Assembly (NCBI GenBank): GCA_963675755.2
Contig: CAXXMD010000002.1
Location: forward strand, 2,385,405 to 2,449,404
Length of the DNA stretch: 64,000 bases
Reading direction: 5' to 3'
Origin: a bacterium
Lineage (GTDB): Bacteria; Zhuqueibacterota; Zhuqueibacteria; Residuimicrobiales; Krinioviventaceae
Below, one piece after another: positions 31,289 to 41,099 of this stretch. Position numbers and translations under genes: made by a program. Under the pieces are notes generated by a model, which saw only the letters and a list, made by a program, of their open reading frames with translations, was not told the origin of the DNA and did no database searches. Positions within the stretch are counted from its first letter, which is position 1. Every line of letters starts with the position of its first letter.

Positions 31289-33097
31289 CTATTTTATATA
31301 CAATAATGATCTGGTTTGAACTGATTCATCAAATTCTAGTACAGCAAAAAACGTACCGCTTGATACAGTTTTGCCAAACACATTTGTACCATCCCATTGA
31401 CTGCTATAAAATCCAGCATTTTGTGTTTCTTTGACCAATGGCTTGACCAATTTGCCATTTATATTGAAAATAGACAAACTGACTCTACCGTTATGAGGCA
31501 AATAATAAGATAGAACAGTATTCGAGTTGAAAGGATTGGGGTAATTGGGGTGTAATATAAATTTGTCTGCTAATTTCACATCTGCAGTAAGCACATTTGA
31601 AAAACGGGTATTGCCATTTTTCTCAAAAAGTTTTATACGGTACTCCAGAGTACCATCTGAATTGACTTTTTCATCAGTATATTCATAGGTTTGCTTTCCT
31701 GAAACAACCTGAATATATTGTATTTCAGTAAAATCGCTGTTAATATCTTTACGCTGTATTTCAAAACCTAAATAATCATTTTCCTGATCAACGGTCCATC
31801 GCAATCCGGGTTTATTATCAAATATTTGAATTTCAAATTCAATAGAATCGACATCTGACGTAGGGTCATTGATAATCATTAAACTTTCATCCAATGTTCC
31901 AATACCCTGCTGCTGACAATGTTCAAGATATTGACGTACCGCACTTTCAGGATCATCAACATTCATTGCTTCTTTATGAAGGTCGTTATTTCTTACCGCG
32001 GCAGGATACAGGATATATTTTGTTGCGTAATAATCCAGCGCTACAGGATCAGAACTTGCAAACAAGTAACCAGCCTGCTCTGCTTTATCAATATCTTCCC
32101 TGCTGCCCCAGCCAATCCATTCGGCTGTTGTAAAATGCATATCCGCTTTGCGTATAGTCCGCATAAATGTACCTATAGCATCACCCAATACACCGGGTAT
32201 GGGCCCAACAAGGTTTTCATTAAAGGCAAAAGCATGAAAATTATAATAATTATCTACCAGCTTACCATTCTCAGGGTTACTTCCCCAGGACAAGTCAACA
32301 ACACCCATGTAATTCTTGACCGCACTGGTAGTACCCACATAATAACTGTGACGACACAAACCGGAAAAGATGATAAATTTCAGAGGTTTATCAGAAAGAT
32401 ACTGGCCATTTTTCCAAACACCATTTTTCAAATCAATAGTAAGACCGCTATAGGTTGACTTGAATATAGGATAGGTCATAATCGTTTCACGATAATCATC
32501 TGCATTTTCTGCATTATTAGAAACGACATTATCTTCTTCAAAAACATATCCCTCGCCATCTTCCGGGCCATAAATACGCTGCCCACCATCTTCATAAGAG
32601 TCGTTCCATATAAAGCGGGTTACATTATCATGACCTCCCGCCTGAATCAATGCTAACAGGTCATTAAGATTTTTAACAGCGGGGATGTTGGAATTGATTA
32701 AAAACGGCTCTGCCCATGCACCTTTATCCTGAGCGGGCCACCTGTGATTATTGTCGCCCAGTATAATTTCGCCATTAAAACCAGGTATATCCAGTATTTT
32801 ATCAATAAAAGTTTTTATTGAAGCCAGGTTACCGGATCCCTGGTTTATGCGTTGAGCATTGGTTTTAATAACAACAACATCATTCGGTCCAATAATATTT
32901 TCAATACCTCCCATCAATTCAAGGAGATTACTCATATTATCAGTTGGACCTTTTCCATTTGTCATATATATACGTGAATACTCGTCCTCGACAGGTTTTG
33001 CCCAAGTGCGAGTGCCAGCCATTGATGCCGCAAGTAAAGCTCCGGCACCTTGTCCTGTATTTTTTATAAATTTACGTCTTGAAATATTCTTTTTCAT
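31289..33097 (-). CDS. DUF362-like protein with Tat signal peptide and FlgD/T9SS-type C-terminal domain
   Basis: MKKNISRRKFIK twin-arginine motif; MGGIENIIGPNDVVVIK, TSAVKNYMG, ASSDPVALD; tail NYPNPFNS...WDGTN...SSGTFF. Confidence 0.8.
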   Translation of the reverse strand: MKKNISRRKFIKNTGQGAGALLAASMAGTRTWAKPVEDEYSRIYMTNGKGPTDNMSNLLELMGGIENIIGPNDVVVIKTNAQRINQGSGNLASIKTFIDKILDIPGFNGEIILGDNNHRWPAQDKGAWAEPFLINSNIPAVKNLNDLLALIQAGGHDNVTRFIWNDSYEDGGQRIYGPEDGEGYVFEEDNVVSNNAENADDYRETIMTYPIFKSTYSGLTIDLKNGVWKNGQYLSDKPLKFIIFSGLCRHSYYVGTTSAVKNYMGVVDLSWGSNPENGKLVDNYYNFHAFAFNENLVGPIPGVLGDAIGTFMRTIRKADMHFTTAEWIGWGSREDIDKAEQAGYLFASSDPVALDYYATKYILYPAAVRNNDLHKEAMNVDDPESAVRQYLEHCQQQGIGTLDESLMIINDPTSDVDSIEFEIQIFDNKPGLRWTVDQENDYLGFEIQRKDINSDFTEIQYIQVVSGKQTYEYTDEKVNSDGTLEYRIKLFEKNGNTRFSNVLTADVKLADKFILHPNYPNPFNSNTVLSYYLPHNGRVSLSIFNINGKLVKPLVKETQNAGFYSSQWDGTNVFGKTVSSGTFFAVLEFDESVQTRSLLYIK

Positions 33098-33122
33098 CGC
33101 TCCCATAACCTTTCGCCCTGGT

Positions 33123-33707
33123 TTAATAAGAAATCCAGTACCAGACATATTTTATCACTTCCATAACCACAATTTTCAGACTAGAAGGCTTGTACCACCA
33201 CCCTTTTGACTGCAATATACCTTGATCAGGATGCGCCACCAACAGTTGCGTATCCAAACCTTTCAAGGCACGTTTAAAAATCATATTTGCTCTGCTGGTA
33301 TGAAAATCTGTAGTAACTAGAATCACACGCTTGAAATTATTTTGTTCTATGATCTTGCGAATGGTTTTTGCCTGTTCACCGGTCCCCAAACCATGACGCG
33401 CAAGAACATCAAGAACAATTTTATCTTCAGGAACCCCCAGCTCCATTGCTTTCTCTTTCATATAATTTGCTTGTACTATACTTTTATCCTGACCAGGGCA
33501 TCCTGATACAATCAAAGTATCCGCAAATCCCTGTTGAAATAGATGAGACGCGTGCTCAACACGCTCACCTCGTCCGCCACTGATCACAATAATTGCATCC
33601 GCATCTTTCAAATCAGATTGTGTTACCAGAACATTGTCTGCAACAACCACAAACAACACTACCAGAACAAAAATCAATCCCAATACTATATATATTTTTT
33701 TCTTCAT
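33123..33707 (-). CDS. YdcF / DUF218 (ElyC/SanA-like) family protein
   Basis: ADAIIVISGG, LIVSG, LGVPEDKI, ILVTTDFHTSRA, C-terminal E.IK. Confidence 0.9.
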   Translation of the reverse strand: MKKKIYIVLGLIFVLVVLFVVVADNVLVTQSDLKDADAIIVISGGRGERVEHASHLFQQGFADTLIVSGCPGQDKSIVQANYMKEKAMELGVPEDKIVLDVLARHGLGTGEQAKTIRKIIEQNNFKRVILVTTDFHTSRANMIFKRALKGLDTQLLVAHPDQGILQSKGWWYKPSSLKIVVMEVIKYVWYWISY

Positions 33708-33722
33708 AACCTTTCCAGTCCA

Positions 33723-34370
33723 CTATTTTGTGAAAAAATTGCCTATTTGCCGCGCAGGATTTCCAAACATAAACACACCTTCAGCAACATCTTTGGCAAT
33801 TACTGCGCCCGCGCCTACTGTGCTATGATTACCCACCTTGGACAATGGTGTTATGGTTGCTCCAACTCCAACCAGACATCCGTTACCCAGCTGAACTCCT
33901 CCACTGAGAACAGCCCCACCGCCGACATGACAATAATCACCCATTTTTACACCATGGCCAATAATGCTGGCATTGTTTACAATGCAATGACGCCCTACAT
34001 GTGCTTCTGATTCTATAATAGCATAAGGCATGATTGCCGTACCTTCTTCAATACTGGAATATTTCCCCAATATTGCCGTAGGATGTATAAATGTTGGAAA
34101 ATGAAAATCTTTATATTTATCTGCTATTCTTTTTCTGACGTTGCAGTCTCCAATAGCTATAAACATATTGTTCACTTTAAGGCTTTTATTCTGTTCCTCA
34201 AAACCATCTTCTGTATAAACATTAGCATGTTTATAAAAAAAGCTACCTGCTTTACGTGGGTCATCATCAATAAAACCAATTATCTCATACTCTCTTAAAG
34301 AAATGATCAAATCAGCAATTACTGTCGAGTGCCCACCAGTACCATACACCCAAATTTTTTCCATTTGCAT
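33723..34370 (-). CDS. NeuD/PglD-family sugar acetyltransferase
   Basis: YGTGGHS, IAIGD, IHPTA, hexapeptide repeats, GNPAR. Confidence 0.93.
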   Translation of the reverse strand: MQMEKIWVYGTGGHSTVIADLIISLREYEIIGFIDDDPRKAGSFFYKHANVYTEDGFEEQNKSLKVNNMFIAIGDCNVRKRIADKYKDFHFPTFIHPTAILGKYSSIEEGTAIMPYAIIESEAHVGRHCIVNNASIIGHGVKMGDYCHVGGGAVLSGGVQLGNGCLVGVGATITPLSKVGNHSTVGAGAVIAKDVAEGVFMFGNPARQIGNFFTK

Positions 34371-34412
34371 TCCAAAACTGTTTTAAATTGAAAATTTCAA
34401 ATCTTTTACAGT

Positions 34413-35594
34413 TTATTTCAATGACCGTAATAGTATTGAACAAACAAATTCTATATCAGATTCCTGAATATTTGTATAAAAAGGTAAAGCTATTGTACGG
34501 TCTGAAACAAATTCTGTAACAGGAAAGTCTCCTGTTTTGCAACCAAACATATCCATGTAAAAAGGTTGAAGATGAATTGGAGGAAAGTAATTGTTACACC
34601 CTATGCCATTGTCTAATAGACTTTTCATTACGTTACTTCGATCGTCCTGACTAAAAGAACTGTCCAACTGTACTACATAGACAAACCAGCTCATATCTAC
34701 ATTATCAGCAATAAAAGGAACACGCACACCTTTAACATCTGCAAGATATTTATTATATAACTGAGCAGCTTTGTTTCGTTTTTCAAGTATCTCATCCAGT
34801 CTTTCAACCTGAGCAATACCCAGCGCACAGTTGATATCACTCAAACGGTAATTGTAGCCCAACCTAACATGAGCAAGCCATTTTCCATCTCCGCCGCGTC
34901 CCTGGTTTCGCATACTTTTACACAATTCCGCAACATTTTCATCATCCGTAACAATCACACCGCCTTCACCGGTTGTAATTTGTTTATTGGGATAAAAGGC
35001 AAATACACCCGCATCTCCCATGGTACCTGCGTTTGCCCATTGCCCTTTTGTGTATTTATCAGATACTGTTTCTTTGAATTGATATCTGGCACCAATGGCT
35101 TCACAGGAATCTTCAATCACTTTTAAATTATATTCATCGGCAAGTTTCAGAATTGCATCCATATCACAGGGCTGTCCAAAGACATGTACAGGTAAAATGC
35201 CCTTAATTTTATCACCACGTCCCTGCGAGTGGGCCAGTTCTAAAGTTTCACGGACTTTTTCAATATCCAGGTTATATGTTTGGGGATCAATATCTACAAA
35301 AACAGGCCTTACATCTTCATACAACAAACAATTGGATGAAGCAACAAAACTAAATGGAGATGTTATGACTTCATCTCCAGGATTAAATCCCAGCGCTTTA
35401 ACCAGCAAATGCAAACCGCTTGTTCCACTGTTGACCGCAACTGCATATTTACTGCCAACATAATCGGCAACTTTTTCTTCAAATTCAGGGAGTTTGGGTC
35501 CCAGGCTCAAATAAGGTGTTTTTAAAACATCTATTACATACTGAATTTCTTTTTCGGTAATATCGGGACCAGAAAGATTCACCTTTATACTCAT
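34413..35594 (-). CDS. DegT/DnrJ/EryC1/StrS sugar aminotransferase (PglE-like)
   Basis: VNSGTSGLHL, IEDSCEA, FYPNKQITTGEGG, GYNYRL. Confidence 0.95.
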   Translation of the reverse strand: MSIKVNLSGPDITEKEIQYVIDVLKTPYLSLGPKLPEFEEKVADYVGSKYAVAVNSGTSGLHLLVKALGFNPGDEVITSPFSFVASSNCLLYEDVRPVFVDIDPQTYNLDIEKVRETLELAHSQGRGDKIKGILPVHVFGQPCDMDAILKLADEYNLKVIEDSCEAIGARYQFKETVSDKYTKGQWANAGTMGDAGVFAFYPNKQITTGEGGVIVTDDENVAELCKSMRNQGRGGDGKWLAHVRLGYNYRLSDINCALGIAQVERLDEILEKRNKAAQLYNKYLADVKGVRVPFIADNVDMSWFVYVVQLDSSFSQDDRSNVMKSLLDNGIGCNNYFPPIHLQPFYMDMFGCKTGDFPVTEFVSDRTIALPFYTNIQESDIEFVCSILLRSLK

Positions 35595-36232
35595 TGTTCA
35601 TCCTTTGCATTAGATTGTTTTTGGATCTCAAAATCATCATTCACGCCATCTTCTCCGTACAGACCTTCACGTAACAAGGCAACCTTGAACGTTTTTAAAA
35701 ATATCTTTAGATCCAAAAGTAAAGAATAATTTTCAACATACCAGATATCCAGATCAATACGTTTTGCCCACGGCAGTGCGTTACGACCGTTCACCTGCGC
35801 CCAACCGGTAACACCGGGGCGCATATTCAGACGTTTACGATGATAGTCAGTATATCTCTCAACCTGACGTTTAATTGTGGGCCGCGGACCGATAACGCTC
35901 ATATCTCCAATCAAAATATTAATCAACTGCGGCAATTCATCAATACTCCAATTACGAATAAAATGCCCAAATGCCGTAATGCGACTATCATTTTGCGTTA
36001 ATTGCTGACCTTTTGCCATTTTTTCTGCATTGTTTACCATGCTGCGAAATTTGTAAATAACAAATAGCTTTCCATCTTTGCCTATACGTTCCTGCTTAAA
36101 GAATACGGGGCCGGGGCTCTCTAATCTTATAATAATAGCAACAATCAACATCAGCGGACTCAGAATTAACAAAAGTATAGCAGAAAACAGAAAATCAAAC
36201 AGATGTTTTATAAAAATATTCACACTACGCAT
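35591..36232 (-). CDS. Initiating phosphoglycosyltransferase (PglC / Bac_transf family)
   Basis: KFRSM, DELPQLINIL.GDMS.IGPRP, RPGVTGWAQVNGRN. Confidence 0.95.
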   Translation of the reverse strand: MRSVNIFIKHLFDFLFSAILLLILSPLMLIVAIIIRLESPGPVFFKQERIGKDGKLFVIYKFRSMVNNAEKMAKGQQLTQNDSRITAFGHFIRNWSIDELPQLINILIGDMSVIGPRPTIKRQVERYTDYHRKRLNMRPGVTGWAQVNGRNALPWAKRIDLDIWYVENYSLLLDLKIFLKTFKVALLREGLYGEDGVNDDFEIQKQSNAKDEQ

Positions 36233-36247
36233 TACTTGTTCATACTC

Positions 36248-37789
36248 CTATGATAATTTTGTTTTTAAAATCTTGCCTGATTCATTCTTGGGTAATTCTT
36301 TAACAAATTCTATAACTTTGGGCAACTTGTATGCCGGGAGTTTTTGGCGCAAGTAGTCAATGATTGCCTTTTCATCAGTATCTGATGAGGACAGGGGTAC
36401 AATGAATGCTTTTATCGCTTCGCCCATTATCTCGTCTTTAACGCCAATAACAGCAGTTTCGTGAACCGCATCAATCTCAAGCAATTTCTCTTCAACTTCT
36501 TTGGCGCTAACCCGCTCTCCCCCAACTTTGATCATATCTTTTTTACGACCCACTACAAAGAGGTAGCCATCCTCATCCATAACACCAATATCACCGGTAT
36601 AATAGACGCCATTTCTAAGTACTTTTTCAGTCTCAATGGGATCATTCCAATAGCCCACCATTAAATTTGAACCTTTGGCAACAATCTCACCCTCTTTACC
36701 TTGCGGTAATTCAACACCATTGTCATCAGCAATAAACAGATCTACGTTGGGTATAGCTTTGCCGATTGATCCAAATTTTTTGGGAAGCATTTCCGGTTCC
36801 AGATAAGACAAGCGCGCAGAAGCTTCTGTTGCGCCATACATGATAAACACACGGGCATTCGAAAAAACCTGGCTTACATCTTTTTGCACAGATGGTGCCA
36901 TTGCGCCACCCGCCTGAGTAATATATCGAAGCGTTGGGAATTCATAATCCCTGATACTTGAACGGTTTAAAAGGATGATAAAAGTAGAAGGTACTCCGGA
37001 AAATCCTGTTACACCTGTTTTTTCCATATTTTTCAATACAACATTGGGATATGCAAAAGCATTATCAATAACAACAGATCCACCCGCATAAAAATGTGTG
37101 TTCAACAGGGATTTACCATAAATATAATAAAAGGGTAAAACAACCATTACCCGGTCTTTTTCGGTTATTTCAAGATACGAAACAATTGAACGCGTATTGC
37201 TGACAATATTTAAATGGGTAAGGGTTACACCTTTGGGTTTCCCCGTACTCCCGGAGGTGTATACGATTGAAGCGAGATCAAGATCAATTCCACGAACATC
37301 AGGAGTTTGTTCATTGCCACTATCAAGCACCTCGGAATATGAAATCTGGCTGCAATGCCCAATTGCCTGATATTCTGACAAATCATCCTGTTGTATTACA
37401 ACATGCCTGAGATTGGGTACTTTTTTCAAAGCGGGAACAAGATCTTTAGAGAAAGAAGCATTGGTAATAATTGCAACCGCACCGGAATCATTCAACAGGT
37501 ACTCTAGAGCATCAGCAGTGGTTGCTGTATTCAAAGCCACGGTAACAGCACCTACCTTTAAAACAGCATAATAAGCAATAATGTAATGAAATGAATTCTC
37601 GTAAAGAATAGCAACACGGTCACCTCGGTGCACATGCTGCTCTTTGAGATAATTTGCAAGCTTGTTAGACAATAGGTCCAACTCTCCAAAAGTCATCCAT
37701 TCATCTTTATACCAGACAGCTTGCTTGTCTGGTGTTTTTTGCGCTGAATTTTCTAAAAAATTTTGTACCTGCACAACCATTCCCTCCAT
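36248..37789 (-). CDS. AMP-forming acyl-CoA/ACP ligase (class I adenylate-forming)
   Basis: YTSGSTGKPKG, MYGATEA, YTGD, GRKKDMIK, PKNESGKI. Confidence 0.93.
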   Translation of the reverse strand: MEGMVVQVQNFLENSAQKTPDKQAVWYKDEWMTFGELDLLSNKLANYLKEQHVHRGDRVAILYENSFHYIIAYYAVLKVGAVTVALNTATTADALEYLLNDSGAVAIITNASFSKDLVPALKKVPNLRHVVIQQDDLSEYQAIGHCSQISYSEVLDSGNEQTPDVRGIDLDLASIVYTSGSTGKPKGVTLTHLNIVSNTRSIVSYLEITEKDRVMVVLPFYYIYGKSLLNTHFYAGGSVVIDNAFAYPNVVLKNMEKTGVTGFSGVPSTFIILLNRSSIRDYEFPTLRYITQAGGAMAPSVQKDVSQVFSNARVFIMYGATEASARLSYLEPEMLPKKFGSIGKAIPNVDLFIADDNGVELPQGKEGEIVAKGSNLMVGYWNDPIETEKVLRNGVYYTGDIGVMDEDGYLFVVGRKKDMIKVGGERVSAKEVEEKLLEIDAVHETAVIGVKDEIMGEAIKAFIVPLSSSDTDEKAIIDYLRQKLPAYKLPKVIEFVKELPKNESGKILKTKLS

Positions 37790-37795
37790 TTTTTA

Positions 37796-38740
37796 TTAAA
37801 CTACTATCAATGGTTCCATTCGCAGATATTCAGTCCTTTTAATTTTCTGATCAATATCCTCTACAACACGCTCTGCCTGTTCAACAGTAATGGACATTTT
37901 ATCGGCAATTTGCTGGGTGGTGGCTCCATTTTCATGCATTTCCCAAATTGCATCCATAACATCAAATGAGAGTTTAAAGAAAAATTCTTTTTGTGTAACT
38001 TCACCGGGATACGTATCGGTTGTAGGTGTACGGTCAATGATGTCTTTGGGTACGCCTATCGCTTTTGCAACCTCGTATACCTGAGTTTTAAACAAATGAA
38101 TAATGGGTTTAAGGTCTGTTCCGCCATCTCCATATTTAACAAAGAAACCCAACTCGTGTTCATTTTTATTACCCGTACCGGCAACTGCATAATTACGCAA
38201 TTCCGCATGATAGTAAAGGGTTGTCATTCTAAGACGCTGTTTCATGTTAGAAGCAGCAACAATTTGCATATATTCTTTTAACGGTAAACGTTTTTCGATT
38301 TCATTACCGGCACTATCAGTAATAGCACCATAAAACAGGTTGAGCATATTATCTTTTAACGGATCCCCTTTGAGAATAATTTTAAAATTCATACCCGGTG
38401 TATAATCAGGGAAAACCCGTTTTACGGCTTCATCGCGACGTTCATAGCAGCCCATGCCGTTCAATCCGCCACTTATATCTTCCACAAGAAATTCAATTCC
38501 AAGCTGTTTTGCCAGATTTTCTGCCAGTTCCCGGCTTTCAGGACTGGAATCTTTTTCAGGCAACGCCAATCCGGTAACCCTTTCTTTACCCAGCGCTTTA
38601 ACACATAACGCAGCAACCACGGATGAATCAATACCTCCACTGATACCAACTACAGCACCTCGTTTTTTCAAATCCTGAGAAATTACATTGCGAATTCCAG
38701 TTGTTATTACTTCTATGGCTTTATTTTCATCGAACTTCAT
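37796..38740 (-). CDS. nadE: NH3-dependent NAD synthetase-like protein, polysaccharide-cassette paralog
   Basis: GISGGIDSSV PP-loop, NMKQRLRM, GTGNKNE...FFVKYGDG, LFKTQV. The physiological substrate may not be NaAD. Confidence 0.8.
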   Translation of the reverse strand: MKFDENKAIEVITTGIRNVISQDLKKRGAVVGISGGIDSSVVAALCVKALGKERVTGLALPEKDSSPESRELAENLAKQLGIEFLVEDISGGLNGMGCYERRDEAVKRVFPDYTPGMNFKIILKGDPLKDNMLNLFYGAITDSAGNEIEKRLPLKEYMQIVAASNMKQRLRMTTLYYHAELRNYAVAGTGNKNEHELGFFVKYGDGGTDLKPIIHLFKTQVYEVAKAIGVPKDIIDRTPTTDTYPGEVTQKEFFFKLSFDVMDAIWEMHENGATTQQIADKMSITVEQAERVVEDIDQKIKRTEYLRMEPLIVV

Positions 38741-38753
38741 AATTATCCTCTCT

Positions 38754-40721
38754 TTATTTCCTGGATCGGTAATCGTAAACCCGACACTCCTGGTCTTGTA
38801 CAGTGGGTTTGTTATTTATAAAACTTTCTTTCAGCATTTCAGTTGTTATAATTGCCATTAATGCCATTTCTTCACGCGCGGAAACATTTGCATTGGGAAG
38901 AAATAATCTCTTTTTCAAAATCGAAATTTTGTCTGCATCAAAAATCATAGAATTTCGGATACGGGATTCATCAAGCCAGGTATCCACAAATTGGGGATCA
39001 GCAAGTAAGGTATTTCTTACAGGTGCCCTATAGGGTTGCTTTGGCCTGTTTATTACCTGATCCGGCAAAAGGTGTTTAAAGGTATGTTTTAAAATCCATT
39101 TTTCATTCAACACCTTTAATTTCAATTCAGGGGCAAGTCGATTTGCAAAATCAATTACCCGCTTGTCAAGAAACGGATACCTTCCTTCAACACTGTTTCC
39201 CATGGTCATTCTATCACCCTGGGAACTCAATAAATATCCGCTTAGAAATATCTTTGCTTCAAGAAAATGTGCACGCTCAAGAGGGTTCAAACCATCAAGC
39301 AATCCGTTTATTCCGGCTTCCAACTCTGAAACAGGATTATATCCTACAGTTTCACCCATAACATCCTGAGTTAAAAATCCTGCAAGATAATCACGGTTAT
39401 TCCACCGTAAACGATGAGAATAGAAAAGATCAGACGTATTTGCTACATCTTTTTGAAAAAATTGGATCCAATAATTCAATGTCCGCGGATTTGTAGCTAT
39501 ATATGGATACAATTTTTCATATAAACGCGGGCGCCAGGTTGAGCCCGGCATTTTTGCATTAAACCACCTGACTTTGGTCTCGCGATAGATATTGTAACCA
39601 CTAAAAAACTCGTCAGCACCTTCTCCCGTCAAAACAACTTTAAAATCAGATTCCCTAACAAACTTTGATAACAAAAACAAAGGTACCGGTGCGGTACGTA
39701 AAACAGGCTTTTCAGTATGCCAAATAACTTTTTGCAGGTTTTCGCAGACCATTTCATTGTTGCTTACAAAAGCAGAATGATCGGTTTCGAGATGATTCGA
39801 GACAAGTTTTTGGTATTCAGATTCATCAAAAGCTTTATCTTCAAAACCGATTGAAAATGTTCGCAGTTTATTGTTATGTCCTGTTTTCACCAAAGCGGTT
39901 GTGATTGAAGAATCAAGCCCACCGCTTAAATAGGCACCAACCGGCACATCTGCCCGCAGACGAATTCGTACAGAATCTTCAAGTAAATCCGTCAATTCTT
40001 CTGAAGCGCTGTTTACATCCCTTATATAATCGGAATCACTTTCAGGGTAGCTTAGCTGCCAATATGGTTTTTGTTCAAAATGGTCCTGATTGAATTTGAT
40101 ATAATGGCCAGGTTTAACTTCTTTGATATTTTTAAAAATCGAATTACCAGGCAGTGGAGACCAAAATGTCAAAGTTTGCAGCATTGCCTCCGGATCGATG
40201 CTAAAATTCAATTCCGGAAACGGCAAAAACAGTTTAATTTCTGATGCAAAATACAATTGATTATTGGCTATTTGATAATGTAAAGGGCAAATGCCCACAT
40301 GATCGCGAGCCAGCATGATTGATTTTTGATTCTTGTCCCAGATTGCAAAAGCAAATTGACCATTCAAATGATCAAACAGTTTTTCACCATATTCTTCATA
40401 CAGATGTAAAACGACTTCTACATCCGTATGCGTACTAAATTTATGGCCCTTTGCAAGCAACTCTTGACGTAATTCAATATAGTTGAAAATCTCGCCATTA
40501 CACACCAACCAGAGCGAACCATCTTCATTTCCAATAGGTTGATGCCCGCCTTCAAGATCAATAATACTTAGACGGGTTTGGCCAAGCAAAGTATAGTCAT
40601 CTACATAGACACCACGCCCATCAGGGCCCCGGTGTCCCAACATCCCCAGACTCTTGCGAAATACCGGAAAAGCATTGGGATTCAGTTCGTTTTTATTAAA
40701 AACTCCGGCAATACCACACAT
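38754..40721 (-). CDS. asnB: Asparagine synthase (glutamine-hydrolysing) family amidotransferase
   Basis: MCGIAG N-terminal nucleophile, HRGPD, RLSIIDL, NGEIFNY, LSGGLDSS, LTGEGADE. Confidence 0.95.
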   Translation of the reverse strand: MCGIAGVFNKNELNPNAFPVFRKSLGMLGHRGPDGRGVYVDDYTLLGQTRLSIIDLEGGHQPIGNEDGSLWLVCNGEIFNYIELRQELLAKGHKFSTHTDVEVVLHLYEEYGEKLFDHLNGQFAFAIWDKNQKSIMLARDHVGICPLHYQIANNQLYFASEIKLFLPFPELNFSIDPEAMLQTLTFWSPLPGNSIFKNIKEVKPGHYIKFNQDHFEQKPYWQLSYPESDSDYIRDVNSASEELTDLLEDSVRIRLRADVPVGAYLSGGLDSSITTALVKTGHNNKLRTFSIGFEDKAFDESEYQKLVSNHLETDHSAFVSNNEMVCENLQKVIWHTEKPVLRTAPVPLFLLSKFVRESDFKVVLTGEGADEFFSGYNIYRETKVRWFNAKMPGSTWRPRLYEKLYPYIATNPRTLNYWIQFFQKDVANTSDLFYSHRLRWNNRDYLAGFLTQDVMGETVGYNPVSELEAGINGLLDGLNPLERAHFLEAKIFLSGYLLSSQGDRMTMGNSVEGRYPFLDKRVIDFANRLAPELKLKVLNEKWILKHTFKHLLPDQVINRPKQPYRAPVRNTLLADPQFVDTWLDESRIRNSMIFDADKISILKKRLFLPNANVSAREEMALMAIITTEMLKESFINNKPTVQDQECRVYDYRSRK

Positions 40722-40802
40722 ATTAAAAACCAGTTAATGTCAGGTAATAAAAATTATGGCAAGAAGCATTACAAGATAATCAAATCAACAAGAAACAGAA
40801 AA

Positions 40803-41051
40803 TCAGTTTGCTTTTTTACTTTGTATAAATGAAACAAGTTGATCAACAGTATCCAGATTTTCTGGTATTAATTCATGGTCATCAATATTGATCTTGAATG
40901 TTTCTTCAACAAAAGTAACAAGTTCCAAAACACCCGTAGAATCAATGATCCCGCCTTCCAGAAAAGATTGTTTATCATCTAATTCTTTTGAAAAATCATT
41001 AAAGAAAAAATTTTCATAAATAAAACTTCTGATTTGTTCTTTCTCAGACAT
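40803..41051 (-). CDS. Acyl carrier protein
   Basis: Small acidic protein with GIIDSTGVLELV phosphopantetheine site. Confidence 0.93.
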   Translation of the reverse strand: MSEKEQIRSFIYENFFFNDFSKELDDKQSFLEGGIIDSTGVLELVTFVEETFKINIDDHELIPENLDTVDQLVSFIQSKKAN

Positions 41052-41099
41052 TCCGCAATTCCTCTATCTTTATCTACTATCCAAAGAATAACCGTAAAA

